A stretch of 64,000 bases of DNA from Lachnospiraceae bacterium (GTDB lineage Bacteria > Bacillota > Clostridia > Lachnospirales > Lachnospiraceae), in NCBI GenBank assembly GCA_021770345.1, contig JAETRD010000016.1:13663-77662 (forward strand), in the 5' to 3' direction. Positions 48,447-58,128 of this stretch are shown piece after piece. The notes under the pieces are model-generated. The model was not told the origin of the DNA, ran no database searches, and saw only the letters and a program-made list of their open reading frames with translations. Numbering within the stretch: the first letter of the stretch is position 1; every line of letters begins with the position of its first letter. A program made the translations under genes and the position numbers.

Positions 48447-49664
48447 ATGACAGTGACAAAGATTGATATTATTTCCGGCTTTTTGGGGGCCGGCAAGACG
48501 ACTTTTATCAAGAAAATGCTGGACGAGGTTTTTCAGGGTGAAAAGCTGGTGCTGATCGAAAACGAGTTCGGAGAGGTCGGCATCGACGGAGGATTTCTGA
48601 AGGATGCGGGGATTGAGATCAGCGAGTTGAATTCCGGCTGTATCTGCTGTTCGCTGGTGGGAGATTTCGGCAGGAATCTTCATGAGGTGATCGAGAAATT
48701 CCATCCGGACCGCATTTTAATCGAGCCGTCAGGGGTCGGGAAGCTGTCCGACGTCATGAAGTCCGTGATCGACGTGGAGAAAGAGGAGGACGTGAAGTTA
48801 AACGGTCTTGTCACCGTCGTGAACGCCACGAAGGCGAGCAAGCAGATGAAGGCGTTCGGCGAGTTTTTTAACAACCAGATCGCGTATGCGACGACGATTG
48901 TGTTAAGCCGCACGCAGAATACAACGCCGGAGAAGTTAGAGCTCTGTGTGAAACAGATGCAGGAGCTGAATCCGAAGGCCGCGATCATCACGACGCCATG
49001 GGACAATATCAAGGGGGAGCAGATCTGGAACGTCGTGGAGGGACAGGACTCTCTGGAGGCAAAGCTGATGGCGGAGGAACATGCGCGCCGCGAGCAGGAG
49101 GAGCATGAGCACGAGCATCACCACGACCACGCGCATGAGGGGCACGATCACGACCATGAACATGAAGGCCACGACCATCATCATGAGCATGAGCATGAAG
49201 GCCACGATCATGAGCATGAAGGCCACGAGCATCATCACGATCATGAGCATGACCATGAAGGCCACAAGCATCATCACGAGCATGACCATGAAGGCCACGA
49301 GCACCACCACGACCATGACGAGAACTGTACCTGCGGCTGTCATGACCACGATCATGACCACGGACATGACCATCACCATCATGCGGATGATGTATTCACG
49401 AGCTGGGGCAGGGAGACGCCGCATAAATTTACCCGGGAAAAACTTGAGGAAGTGTTAAAGATCTTCTGTGATACCGAGGATTACGGCACGATTCTGCGCG
49501 CAAAGGGTATGGTGGAGGCCGAGGACGGCTCCTGGATTTATTTTGATATGGTGCCGGGCGAGTATGAGTTGCGCGGTGGTGAGCCGGATTACACCGGACG
49601 GCTCTGCGTGATCGGAACCGATATTGACGAACACAGGTTAGAGGAATTGTTTGGAATCGCATAA
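48447..49664 (+). CDS. COG0523/CobW (G3E) metallochaperone GTPase with a long His-rich insert
   Basis: SGFLGAGKTT, ENEFGE, GCICC, IEPSG, C-terminal LRAKG...VIG. Confidence 0.9.
   Translation: MTVTKIDIISGFLGAGKTTFIKKMLDEVFQGEKLVLIENEFGEVGIDGGFLKDAGIEISELNSGCICCSLVGDFGRNLHEVIEKFHPDRILIEPSGVGKLSDVMKSVIDVEKEEDVKLNGLVTVVNATKASKQMKAFGEFFNNQIAYATTIVLSRTQNTTPEKLELCVKQMQELNPKAAIITTPWDNIKGEQIWNVVEGQDSLEAKLMAEEHARREQEEHEHEHHHDHAHEGHDHDHEHEGHDHHHEHEHEGHDHEHEGHEHHHDHEHDHEGHKHHHEHDHEGHEHHHDHDENCTCGCHDHDHDHGHDHHHHADDVFTSWGRETPHKFTREKLEEVLKIFCDTEDYGTILRAKGMVEAEDGSWIYFDMVPGEYELRGGEPDYTGRLCVIGTDIDEHRLEELFGIA
49085..49385 (+). repeat. Degenerate CAT/GAG/GAC tandem repeats encoding (HEHEGHDH)n
   Basis: About 100 aa of H/E/D/G ending in CTCGC and HHHH. 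Confidence 0.9.
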
Positions 49665-49683
49665 CAGGCGGAAATGGAGATTC

Positions 49684-49747
49684 GTGTGAGAAATAAGCTC
49701 GATAGCTTATTTCTCACACGCAAATTTGTGTCGGAGCCACAAATTTG
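49684..49747 (+). repeat. Intercistronic double-hairpin element, copy B
   Basis: GTGTGAGAAATAAGCT/AGCTTATTTCTCACAC followed by CAAATTTGTG/CACAAATTTG. Confidence 0.6.
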
Positions 49748-49796
49748 AATCGCAATCGCGTGCCTGCGCAAAACAGCTCCGGCATGGAGGATATAT

Positions 49797-50738
49797 ATGC
49801 AGGAAATACCAGTTTATTTGTTTACCGGATTTATGGACAGCGGCAAGACGACGCTGATTAAGGAGACGCTGATCGAGAACGGGTTTGCGGAGCAGGGGAA
49901 GAGCCTGATTATCTGCTGCGAGGACGGCGACGAGGAATACGACGAGGAAGCATTAAAAAAGGTGAACGCCAGAGTTTTGATGGTGGAGGATGAGGAGGAT
50001 TTTACGGACGAATTTTTGCAGAAAGCGAACCTCTCGTATCTTCCGGATCAGGTGTTTCTCGAGTATAACGGCACCTGGGGGATGGATACGCTCCTCGAGA
50101 CGACGCTGCCGAGCGGCTGGGTGATTGTGCAGTCCCTTGCGACCGTAGATGCGACGACGTTTGAGATGTATCTAAATAACATGCGCCAGATGATTATGGA
50201 GCAGCTGTTTGAGGCCGATGTGGTGATTTTCAACCGCTGTGACGATACGACCGACAAGGGGAAATTCCGCCGCAATATCAAGGCGCAGAACCGCAAGGCA
50301 CAGATTGTCTATGAGCGGGCGGACGGAACCTTAGACGAGCGGGAGGAGGAGCTTCCCTTTGACATCAGCGGGGACGAACTCGACATTTCTGATGCGGACT
50401 ATGCCATCTGGTATATGGATTGCATGGAAAACCCGAAGAAATACGAGGGCAAGCGGGTGAAATATCTCGCGCTTGTCTACAATCCCGACAAACTCAAAAA
50501 GGGCGTGTTTGTTCCGGGGCGGTTTGCGATGACCTGCTGTATCGAGGATGTAACCTTCATCGGCTTCAAGTGCAAATATCCGGACGAGGATCAGATTCCG
50601 CACAAGTCCTGGATTACGATTACGGCGGAGGTGCGCGTTGAGTTTGCGAGAGAGTACAAGGGAAAGGGGCCGGTGCTTTACCCGGTCTCGATCGAACCGG
50701 CCGAGGCGCCTGATGACGAGCTGGTGTATTTCTCGTAA
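49797..50738 (+). CDS. Atypical G3E-like GTPase fused to a DUF1980/TIGR03943-like C-terminal domain
   Basis: TGFMDSGKTT; lacks GCxCC; C-terminal GRFAMTCCIED...W.... Confidence 0.65.
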   Translation: MQEIPVYLFTGFMDSGKTTLIKETLIENGFAEQGKSLIICCEDGDEEYDEEALKKVNARVLMVEDEEDFTDEFLQKANLSYLPDQVFLEYNGTWGMDTLLETTLPSGWVIVQSLATVDATTFEMYLNNMRQMIMEQLFEADVVIFNRCDDTTDKGKFRRNIKAQNRKAQIVYERADGTLDEREEELPFDISGDELDISDADYAIWYMDCMENPKKYEGKRVKYLALVYNPDKLKKGVFVPGRFAMTCCIEDVTFIGFKCKYPDEDQIPHKSWITITAEVRVEFAREYKGKGPVLYPVSIEPAEAPDDELVYFS

Positions 50739-50781
50739 AAAATCTACGGGGAAATAAAAAACGTACCGGCAAAAGTTTTTG

Positions 50782-50810
50782 TTGACAAATTCGCGTTACT
50801 GTATTAAAGT
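50782..50810 (+). promoter_or_regulatory. sigmaA promoter of the T-box leader
   Basis: TTGACA-17 bp-TAAAGT. Confidence 0.6.
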
Positions 50811-50820
50811 ATAGCTCATA

Positions 50821-51104
50821 AGAAAAACCGTTGAGAAAGAGTAGTAGGCATCTATTCAATATCACAGAGAGCTGCAGGCGGTGGGATTGCAGTATGGCGA
50901 GATTTGTCGAATGGACTTTTGAGGGCGGCCCGAATCACAGTAGGCGTCGCCGGGAACCGGACCCGTTATCCATCCGGCGTGTATCTCGGTGCCGTAGGGC
51001 GCTTCGTACATGAAAAGAGTGGACTGATTCAGTCAAAATGAGTGGTACCGCGATAATAACCTTGTTTATTACCGTCTCAAGCGATAGCTTGGGACGGTTT
51101 TTTT
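50821..51104 (+). ncRNA. T-box riboswitch, Trp specifier
   Basis: AGAGAGCTG...GGTGGGA..CAG apical motifs; GAA-UGG-A specifier (50912-50914); T-box AAATGAGTGGTACCGCG (about 51036-51052); terminator ACCGTC/GACGGT plus a T tract. Confidence 0.88.
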
Positions 51105-51166
51105 GTCCGGCGGACATACTTCTCAAAGCGGATTTTCAAAAAAAGATATTTCGGGAGGAAATGAAA

Positions 51167-52300
51167 ATGAAACGAAACATGATAGCGGCAATGACGGCAG
51201 TGACAATGACGGCAGCGCTTTTGGGCGGCTGCGGAAACGCGGATCAGGACACCGCAGGCGGGGCGGAGGATATCCGGCTTACTGAGGCGGCGGACGCGGG
51301 AAGCGGACGGGCGGACGACGAGGATATGCTGACGGAGGATGCGGAGCATGCACCTGCCGCAGACGGTGCGGCGTATAAGGTCGGCATCGTGCAGTATGTG
51401 GACGACGCGTCGTTAAACCAGATTGAAAAGGCAATCGAGGCGGAGCTTGACGCGAAAGGCGCAGAACTCGGAGTGACGTTTGACTATGCGGATTACACGT
51501 TTAACGGCCAGGCGGACCAGACCATCTTAGGGCAGATTGCGGCGGAACTTGCGGCGGACGAGGTGGACATCATTATTCCGATCGCGACGCCTGCGGCGAT
51601 GGTGATGCAGAGTGCGACGGAGGAGAGCGGGATTCCGATCGTGTTCTCCGCCGTTTCCGACCCGGAAGGTGCGGGGCTTGTGGCATCCAACGATGCGCCG
51701 GGTGCGAATATCACGGGAACTTCCGACGCAATTGACACGGCGATGATATTTGATCTGATGAGAGCGGCAAATCCCGACACGGCGAAGGTGGGTCTGCTCT
51801 ACGACAAGAGCCAGCCGGCATCTTTGGGATCGATCGAAGATGCAAAAGCATACTGCGACGCCAACGGAATCGCTTATGTGGAGAAAACCGGAACGACGAT
51901 CGCCGAGGTGAGCGCGGCGGCGGACGCGCTGGTGGCAGAGGGCGTGGATGCGATATTCACGCCGCAGGACAACACGATTATGACGGCGGAGCTTGCGATT
52001 TTTGAGAAGTTTACCGATGCGGGAATCCCGCATTACACCGGAGCGGATTCGTTTGCGTTAAATGGCGCGTTCTGCGGATACGGCGTCAACTATGCGGATC
52101 TTGGAACCGCGACGGCGGATATGGCAGTCGAGGTGCTTGCAGGCGGCGCCAACCCGGGGGAGATGGCGGTGCGCACCTTAGACCGGGGAATCGTGACCGT
52201 GAACACGGAAACCGCACAGGCAGTCGGAATCGACTACTCCGTGTTTGAGGAGATGTGTTCCAAACTGGTGGAGACCGTAACGGCAGAGGAGTTTGAATAA
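51167..52300 (+). CDS. ABC transporter substrate-binding lipoprotein (TrpX-like)
   Basis: Lipobox LLGGC, IATPAA, VFSAVSDP, PQDNT; under a Trp T-box. Confidence 0.85.
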   Translation: MKRNMIAAMTAVTMTAALLGGCGNADQDTAGGAEDIRLTEAADAGSGRADDEDMLTEDAEHAPAADGAAYKVGIVQYVDDASLNQIEKAIEAELDAKGAELGVTFDYADYTFNGQADQTILGQIAAELAADEVDIIIPIATPAAMVMQSATEESGIPIVFSAVSDPEGAGLVASNDAPGANITGTSDAIDTAMIFDLMRAANPDTAKVGLLYDKSQPASLGSIEDAKAYCDANGIAYVEKTGTTIAEVSAAADALVAEGVDAIFTPQDNTIMTAELAIFEKFTDAGIPHYTGADSFALNGAFCGYGVNYADLGTATADMAVEVLAGGANPGEMAVRTLDRGIVTVNTETAQAVGIDYSVFEEMCSKLVETVTAEEFE

Positions 52301-53262
52301 TGGGAAGCATTTTTACCGTGTCAATCGTGCAGAATGCCTTAGAGCTTGGGTTGATCTATGCGCTTGTGGCGCTTGCGCTGTTTATCTCTTTCCGCATCTT
52401 AAATATTGCGGATTTGTCCACGGACGGTTGTTTCACCTTAGGGTGCGCCGTCTGTGCGTCGCTGACGATTGCGGGGCATCCCGTTCTCGGGCTTTTCGCA
52501 TCGATGGCGGCGGGGGCCTGCTCCGGGTTTGTGACGGCGTTTTTACAGACGAGGATGGGGATTCAGTCCATCCTCGCCGGAATCATCGTCAATACGGGAC
52601 TCTATACCGTCAATATCGCGGTGATGGGCTTTGCCTCCAATATGAATCTGTTCGGATGTGATTCGGTCTTTACCTGGGCGAAAGACGCCATCGGAGGAAG
52701 CGCATATAAGCTGGTCGTTGTGGGAGCCATTGTCGCGGCAGTCGGAATCTGCGTCGCGCTGTTTCTGAATACGCGAATCGGCCTGTCCATCCGTGCGACC
52801 GGGGATAACCCGGATATGGTGCGCGCGTCGAGCATCAACACGGCGGCGATGATCACGGTCGGCCTTTGTGTGGCGAACGCGCTGACCGGCCTCTCGGGCG
52901 GGCTTTTGGCGCAATATCAGAAATCCTGCGATATCAACCTCGGAACCGGCATGGTGACGATCGCGCTTGCGAGCCTGATCATCGGGGAGACGTTTCTCGG
53001 CAGAGGCGGCATGCCAAAGCGGATTTTCGGCGTGATTCTCGGGAGCTGTCTCTATCGCTTTATCGTGGCGCTTGCGCTGCGCATGAGTGTTCCGGCGGAG
53101 TGCCTAAAGCTCGTGTCGGCGATGATTGTTGCGGCGGCGATCGCGCTCCCCTATCTGCGGAGCCAGGCGGCGTTTCAGAAGCAGAAGCGGGCGGCAAAGG
53201 CGGAAAACCAGATTTATATCAGGAGCCTGGCAAAGGATGACGGAGAAGGGGGCGAGGCGTAG
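52300..53262 (+). CDS. ABC transporter permease (TrpY-like)
   Basis: ADLSTDGCFTLG, GLSIRATGDN, LASLIIGE. Confidence 0.85.
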   Translation: MGSIFTVSIVQNALELGLIYALVALALFISFRILNIADLSTDGCFTLGCAVCASLTIAGHPVLGLFASMAAGACSGFVTAFLQTRMGIQSILAGIIVNTGLYTVNIAVMGFASNMNLFGCDSVFTWAKDAIGGSAYKLVVVGAIVAAVGICVALFLNTRIGLSIRATGDNPDMVRASSINTAAMITVGLCVANALTGLSGGLLAQYQKSCDINLGTGMVTIALASLIIGETFLGRGGMPKRIFGVILGSCLYRFIVALALRMSVPAECLKLVSAMIVAAAIALPYLRSQAAFQKQKRAAKAENQIYIRSLAKDDGEGGEA

Positions 53263-54081
53263 ATGGGACAGCAGGATGCGATGCTTTTGATGAAAAATAT
53301 TACAAAAACCTTTAACCCGGGCACGGTCAACGAAAAATGCGCGCTTGACAACGTGAGCCTCACGCTAAAAAAGGGAGATTTCGCAACGATCGTCGGGAGC
53401 AACGGCGCGGGAAAGTCCACGCTGTTTCACGCGATCACCGGCGCGTTTTTTGTGGATCGGGGGCTGATTCTGCTCGGCGGCGAAGATATTACCTATCAGC
53501 GCGAACATGTGCGCAGCAGGGTGATCGGCCATCTGTTTCAGGACCCGCTGAGGGGGACGGCGCCTCATATGACAATCGAGGAAAATATGACGCTGGCCTA
53601 TCGCAGCGCGGCTTCCAAAAACGCATGTTTCGGCCGCATCAGATCGTCGGATCGGGAAATGTTCCGAGAGCAGTTAGCGCTTCTTGACATGGGGCTTGAG
53701 GACCGGATGCGGCAGCCGGTGGGCCTGCTCTCAGGCGGGCAGCGGCAGGCGCTGACGCTTCTGATGGCGACGATGGTCACACCGAAGATTCTGCTGCTTG
53801 ACGAACACACGGCGGCGCTTGACCCGGCCACGGCCGAAAAGGTGCTGTCTCTCACAAGACAGATCGTGGCCGATCGGAAGATCACCTGTCTGATGGTGAC
53901 GCACAATATGCACCAGGCGCTCACACTCGGCAGCAGGACGCTGATGATGAACGGCGGCCGGATTGTGCTCGACGTGGGGGGAGAGATTCGTGAAAAGATG
54001 ACGGTGGAGGATCTGCTGGCGCAGTTTGCCGCAAAGGCCGGGGAGGAACTTGACAACGACAGGATCTTGCTGTCAAAATAG
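53263..54081 (+). CDS. ABC transporter ATP-binding protein (TrpZ-like)
   Basis: GSNGAGKST, LSGGQRQ, LLLDEHTAALDP. Confidence 0.9.
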   Translation: MGQQDAMLLMKNITKTFNPGTVNEKCALDNVSLTLKKGDFATIVGSNGAGKSTLFHAITGAFFVDRGLILLGGEDITYQREHVRSRVIGHLFQDPLRGTAPHMTIEENMTLAYRSAASKNACFGRIRSSDREMFREQLALLDMGLEDRMRQPVGLLSGGQRQALTLLMATMVTPKILLLDEHTAALDPATAEKVLSLTRQIVADRKITCLMVTHNMHQALTLGSRTLMMNGGRIVLDVGGEIREKMTVEDLLAQFAAKAGEELDNDRILLSK

Positions 54082-54234
54082 AAAAATACGTTGAAAAAAG
54101 GCGAATCATCCATTATGATTAATTAGATAGTGACATGTCGGGAGCGCCGCGGCGTCTGGGCGGCGTCGGATTATGCCGAAATAAAATATAGGAATACATA
54201 GTTGTATGGGGAACGAGAGTGATAGGAGGAACGT

Positions 54235-55116
54235 ATGTATCAGATTGTAAAGAGAAGGCAGCTGGCAGATAAGATTTATCTTATGGATGTCAGAGCGCCC
54301 CGGGCAGCGCAGCACTGCGAGCCGGGGCAGTTTGTGATTGTGAAGACGGATGAGGCGGGGGAGCGTATTCCGCTGACGATCTGCGACTATGACAGGGAGG
54401 CGGGGACGATCACGATTGTTTTTCAGACCGTCGGGGCGTCCACGGAGCGCATGCTTGCGCTTGAAGAGGGAGATTCGTTTCAGGATTTTGTGGGGCCGCT
54501 CGGCTGTGCTTCCGATTTGATCGGCGAGGATATCGAAGAATTAAAGAAAAAGAAAATTTTGTTTGTGGCCGGCGGTGTCGGGACGGCGCCGGTATACCCG
54601 CAGGTGAAATGGCTTCACGAACACGGCGTGGACTGTGACGTGATCATGGGTTCCCGCAGCAAAGATCTGCTGATTCTCGAGGACGAGATGCGCGCGGTGG
54701 CGACGAATCTGTATGTGACGACCGACGACGGTTCCTACGGATTTAAGGGAACCGGAACGGCGCAGCTTCAGGCGCTTTATGACGAGGGTGTCCGCTACGA
54801 CCACTGTGTCGCGATCGGGCCGATGATCATGATGAAGTTTGTCTGCAAGCTGACAAAGGAGCTCGGGATTCCGACGATTGTTTCGATGAATCCGATTATG
54901 GTGGACGGAACCGGGATGTGCGGTGCATGTCGTCTTGTTGTCGGGGACGAAGTGAAGTTTGCGTGTGTGGACGGCCCGGAGTTTAACGGTCATCTGGTGG
55001 ATTTCGATCAGGCAATGAAACGTCAGCAGCAGTATAAGACCGAAGAGGGAAGGGCAATGCTTGCGCTTGCGGAGGGGGATACCCACCACGGCGGCTGCGG
55101 GCATTGTGAATCATAG
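54235..55116 (+). CDS. nfnA: NfnA (flavin/2Fe-2S subunit of the electron-bifurcating transhydrogenase)
   Basis: PGQF, ERIPLTI, GPLG, GPMIMMK, DGTGMCGACR, CVDGPEF. Confidence 0.8.
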   Translation: MYQIVKRRQLADKIYLMDVRAPRAAQHCEPGQFVIVKTDEAGERIPLTICDYDREAGTITIVFQTVGASTERMLALEEGDSFQDFVGPLGCASDLIGEDIEELKKKKILFVAGGVGTAPVYPQVKWLHEHGVDCDVIMGSRSKDLLILEDEMRAVATNLYVTTDDGSYGFKGTGTAQLQALYDEGVRYDHCVAIGPMIMMKFVCKLTKELGIPTIVSMNPIMVDGTGMCGACRLVVGDEVKFACVDGPEFNGHLVDFDQAMKRQQQYKTEEGRAMLALAEGDTHHGGCGHCES

Positions 55117-55129
55117 GATGGAGGAGAAT

Positions 55130-56515
55130 ATGGACGTAATGGTGAAAGTTCCGGTTCGCGAGCAGGAGCCTGCGGTTCGTGCGGCGAATTTTGAGGAAGT
55201 ATGTCTGGGATATAACGAAGAAGAGGCGATGGCGGAGGCTTCCCGCTGTCTGAACTGTAAAAATGCGCAGTGTATGAAGGGCTGCCCGGTGTCTATTGAC
55301 ATTCCGGGATTTATCTCGCAGGTGAAAGAGGGCAACTTCGAGGAGGCATATCAGATTATCAGCAAGTCCTCCGCGCTTCCGGCCGTCTGCGGGCGCGTCT
55401 GTCCGCAGGAGACTCAGTGCGAGGGCAAATGCATCCGCGGCATCAAGGGCGAGGCCGTTGCGATCGGCAAGCTCGAGCGCTTTGTGGCGGACTGGGCGAG
55501 AGCGCACGGGATTAAGCCGCGGAAAGCAGAGCACGCAAACGGCCGTAAAGTTGCGGTGATCGGTTCCGGACCCGCAGGGCTGACCTGCGCCGGAGATCTG
55601 GCGAAGATGGGCTATGACGTGACGATTTTTGAGGCGCTGCACGAGGCCGGCGGCGTGCTTGTTTACGGGATTCCGGAGTTCCGTCTGCCAAAGCAGGAGG
55701 TTGTCGCTGCGGAGGTGGAGAATGTCAAAGCGCTCGGCGTAAAAATCGAGACAAACGTTGTCATCGGAAAGTCGGTCACGATCGACGAGCTGATGCGCGA
55801 CGAGGGATTTGAGGCGGTGTTTATCGGATCGGGCGCGGGGCTTCCGCGGTTTATGGGAATCCCGGGCGAACAGGCGATGGGCGTATTTTCCGCAAATGAA
55901 TACCTGACCCGGAACAACCTGATGAAAGCGTTTCTGGAGGGCTATGACACACCGATTAAGGCCGGGAAGAAGGTCATCGTCGTGGGCGGCGGCAATGTGG
56001 CGATGGATGCGGCGAGAACGGCCAAACGGCTTGGCGCCGAGGTACATATCGTGTACCGCCGCAGCGAGGAGGAGCTTCCGGCCCGCCGCGAGGAGGTGCA
56101 TCACGCGAAGGAGGAGGGGATTATCTTTGATCTTCTGCAGAACCCGACGGAGCTGCTCGTGGACGAGAACGGCTGCGTAAAGGGCGCGCGGATTATCCGC
56201 ATGGAGCTTGGAGAGCCGGATGAGTCCGGCAGAAGAAGCCCGGTGGAAATCCCCGGTTCCGAGTACGAGATAGAGGCGGACACCGTGATTATGTCGCTCG
56301 GGACCTCCCCGAATCCGCTGATTTCCGCGACGACGGAAGGGCTTGACGTAAACCGCAGGAAATGTATCGTGGCCGACGAGGCGAACGGGCAGACCTCGAA
56401 AGAGGGTGTGTTTGCGGGCGGCGACGCCGTGACCGGCGCGGCGACGGTGATTCTTGCGATGGGTGCGGGAAAGGCCGCGGCGAAGGGAATCGACGCGTAT
56501 CTGTCAGAGAAATAA
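55130..56515 (+). CDS. nfnB: NfnB (GltD-like Fe-S flavoprotein)
   Basis: CLNC...C...CP, CGRVCPQE.QC, GSGPAG, GGGNVAMD, FAGGD; paired with NfnA and no gltB nearby. Confidence 0.75.
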   Translation: MDVMVKVPVREQEPAVRAANFEEVCLGYNEEEAMAEASRCLNCKNAQCMKGCPVSIDIPGFISQVKEGNFEEAYQIISKSSALPAVCGRVCPQETQCEGKCIRGIKGEAVAIGKLERFVADWARAHGIKPRKAEHANGRKVAVIGSGPAGLTCAGDLAKMGYDVTIFEALHEAGGVLVYGIPEFRLPKQEVVAAEVENVKALGVKIETNVVIGKSVTIDELMRDEGFEAVFIGSGAGLPRFMGIPGEQAMGVFSANEYLTRNNLMKAFLEGYDTPIKAGKKVIVVGGGNVAMDAARTAKRLGAEVHIVYRRSEEELPARREEVHHAKEEGIIFDLLQNPTELLVDENGCVKGARIIRMELGEPDESGRRSPVEIPGSEYEIEADTVIMSLGTSPNPLISATTEGLDVNRRKCIVADEANGQTSKEGVFAGGDAVTGAATVILAMGAGKAAAKGIDAYLSEK

Positions 56516-56549
56516 AAAGTGTCGGTTTTGAAGAGGAGAAGATTACTCG

Positions 56550-56604
56550 AAACGGGACGGCTGCTTTGCAGAGAACTATCTCTGTCAAAGCAGCCGTCCC
56601 GTTT
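56550..56604. terminator. Long bidirectional hairpin
   Basis: AAACGGGACGGCTGCTTTG-CAGAGA...TCTGT-CAAAGCAGCCGTCCCGTTT between convergent genes. Confidence 0.75.
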
Positions 56605-56614
56605 TTGTCGATGT

Positions 56615-57436
56615 TTAATCGAGGTTGATATGCTTTCTTACGATCACATTGCAGATCACATAAAGGATAAGAATATAAATGATATTATAAATCATGGAGC
56701 TGTTCATAAAATTTCCGAAAATCGAGACCGCGGTCTGGTCGGAATAACGGCTTGCCTCCTCGACCAGCAGGGCTGTGGAGTAGCCGGTGATCACCATAAG
56801 GATCGTCGAAGCGATCTGGCTGATTATGGAGAGGATGGCGCCGGTTGCGATGGAAGCGCCGATTTTGTGCTGTCCGAACAGCTGTCCGATGGACATGCTC
56901 GCATAAACCCACAGCAGATAATTGAGGCAGGACAGTAGAACGGAAACGCCGCCGTATGCGAGAAACTGTCCGAAGGAGAGACCGAAAAACGTGCGGAACC
57001 GCTCAAAAACGCTGCTGTCGATTTCGGCCAGGATTTCTCCGCGGGAAATTCCGATCAGAAGCGTGAAAACGGATGCGATCAGCAGCAGGCAGGACAGCAG
57101 GATCCAGATCGTCGAGACCAGAAGCTTCACATGGAAGGTGGTCAGAGGCTTTACCGGAAGCGTGTGAGTCAGATAGCCCTGATCGGAGTACATCGTCTTG
57201 TAAAAGTGGATGCACATATAGATATAAGTCACGACAAACAGTGCAAAAACAGCCAGAATGTAGACGAGCATGGTCGCGATTGTCAGTACGTCGGTAATGT
57301 TGCCTGTGCCGTGCTGGACAAAGTCCATGGATAACACGAGAGAACCGACGGCGGTGACGGCTGCGGTAAAGAGATACAGAGTCAGCATCACCTTCGCCGT
57401 GTTTCTGAATTCGTATTTGATTAATTTTCCTAGCAT
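56615..57436 (-). CDS. ABC transporter permease
   Basis: MLGKLIKYEF, FYKTMYSDQGYLTHTLPV, six TMs; in an operon with an ATPase. Confidence 0.8.
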   Translation of the reverse strand: MLGKLIKYEFRNTAKVMLTLYLFTAAVTAVGSLVLSMDFVQHGTGNITDVLTIATMLVYILAVFALFVVTYIYMCIHFYKTMYSDQGYLTHTLPVKPLTTFHVKLLVSTIWILLSCLLLIASVFTLLIGISRGEILAEIDSSVFERFRTFFGLSFGQFLAYGGVSVLLSCLNYLLWVYASMSIGQLFGQHKIGASIATGAILSIISQIASTILMVITGYSTALLVEEASRYSDQTAVSIFGNFMNSSMIYNIIYILILYVICNVIVRKHINLD

Positions 57437-58128
57437 TTGAATACCTCCCTGAAAAGTGCGTCTACGGACTTGCCTTCCTTCTGGCGGATCTCATCGACCG
57501 AGGAGACAAGCCGTATCTGACCGTTCTGAATGAAGATGACTTCGTCTAAAATATTTTCGATATCCGCGATCAGATGTGTGGATATCAGAATGGAAGCCTC
57601 GGGGTCATAGTTCGAGAGAATGACGTCTAAGATGTAATCTCTGGCGGCAGGGTCAACGCCCGCAATCGGTTCGTCTAAAATATACAGATCGGCTCTGCGG
57701 CTCATCACGAGAATCAGCTGTACCTTTTCTTTTGTGCCTTTTGACATGGTCTTGAGGCGGTCTTCGGGATTGATCTGGAGCTTCGCAAGCATGTCGTAGG
57801 CCCGCAGGGAATCAAAATCCTCATAGAAATCCGCGAACATGCGGATGATGTCGTTGACGCGCTGATTCATGTTCAGATAGGTGTGGTCCGGCAGATAGGA
57901 GATGTGTTTCTTGCTCTCCACACCGATCGGAGCCTCGCGCATATACAATTCCCCCGAGGTCGGCATCAGAAGGCCGTTCATCATTTTGATCAGCGTCGTC
58001 TTCCCGCTGCCGTTCGGGCCGAGCAGGCCGATGATATGGCCGCTCTCGATACACAGATTGACATGTTCCACCGCAGGTTTTTTGCCGTAAGCCTTGGTGA
58101 GATCTTTACATTCCAGTAGTGTGCTCAT
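57430..58128 (-). CDS. ABC transporter ATP-binding protein
   Basis: GPNGSGKTT, MSKG, LDEPIAGVDP, STH. Confidence 0.9.
   Translation of the reverse strand: MSTLLECKDLTKAYGKKPAVEHVNLCIESGHIIGLLGPNGSGKTTLIKMMNGLLMPTSGELYMREAPIGVESKKHISYLPDHTYLNMNQRVNDIIRMFADFYEDFDSLRAYDMLAKLQINPEDRLKTMSKGTKEKVQLILVMSRRADLYILDEPIAGVDPAARDYILDVILSNYDPEASILISTHLIADIENILDEVIFIQNGQIRLVSSVDEIRQKEGKSVDALFREVFKC

Noticed and set aside
49085-49385. Repeat array as CRISPR or a non-coding repeat
   Set aside because: In-frame codon repeats encoding a His-rich linker.
51038-51166. N-terminal extension of the ABC binding protein
   Set aside because: It runs through the T-box and terminator; RBS and signal peptide support a start at 51167. 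Track extensions at 27705, 62701, 8336 and 20215 are rejected for similar reasons.
55130-56515. Glutamate synthase small subunit gltD
   Set aside because: No gltB adjacent, and the NfnA partner is present.
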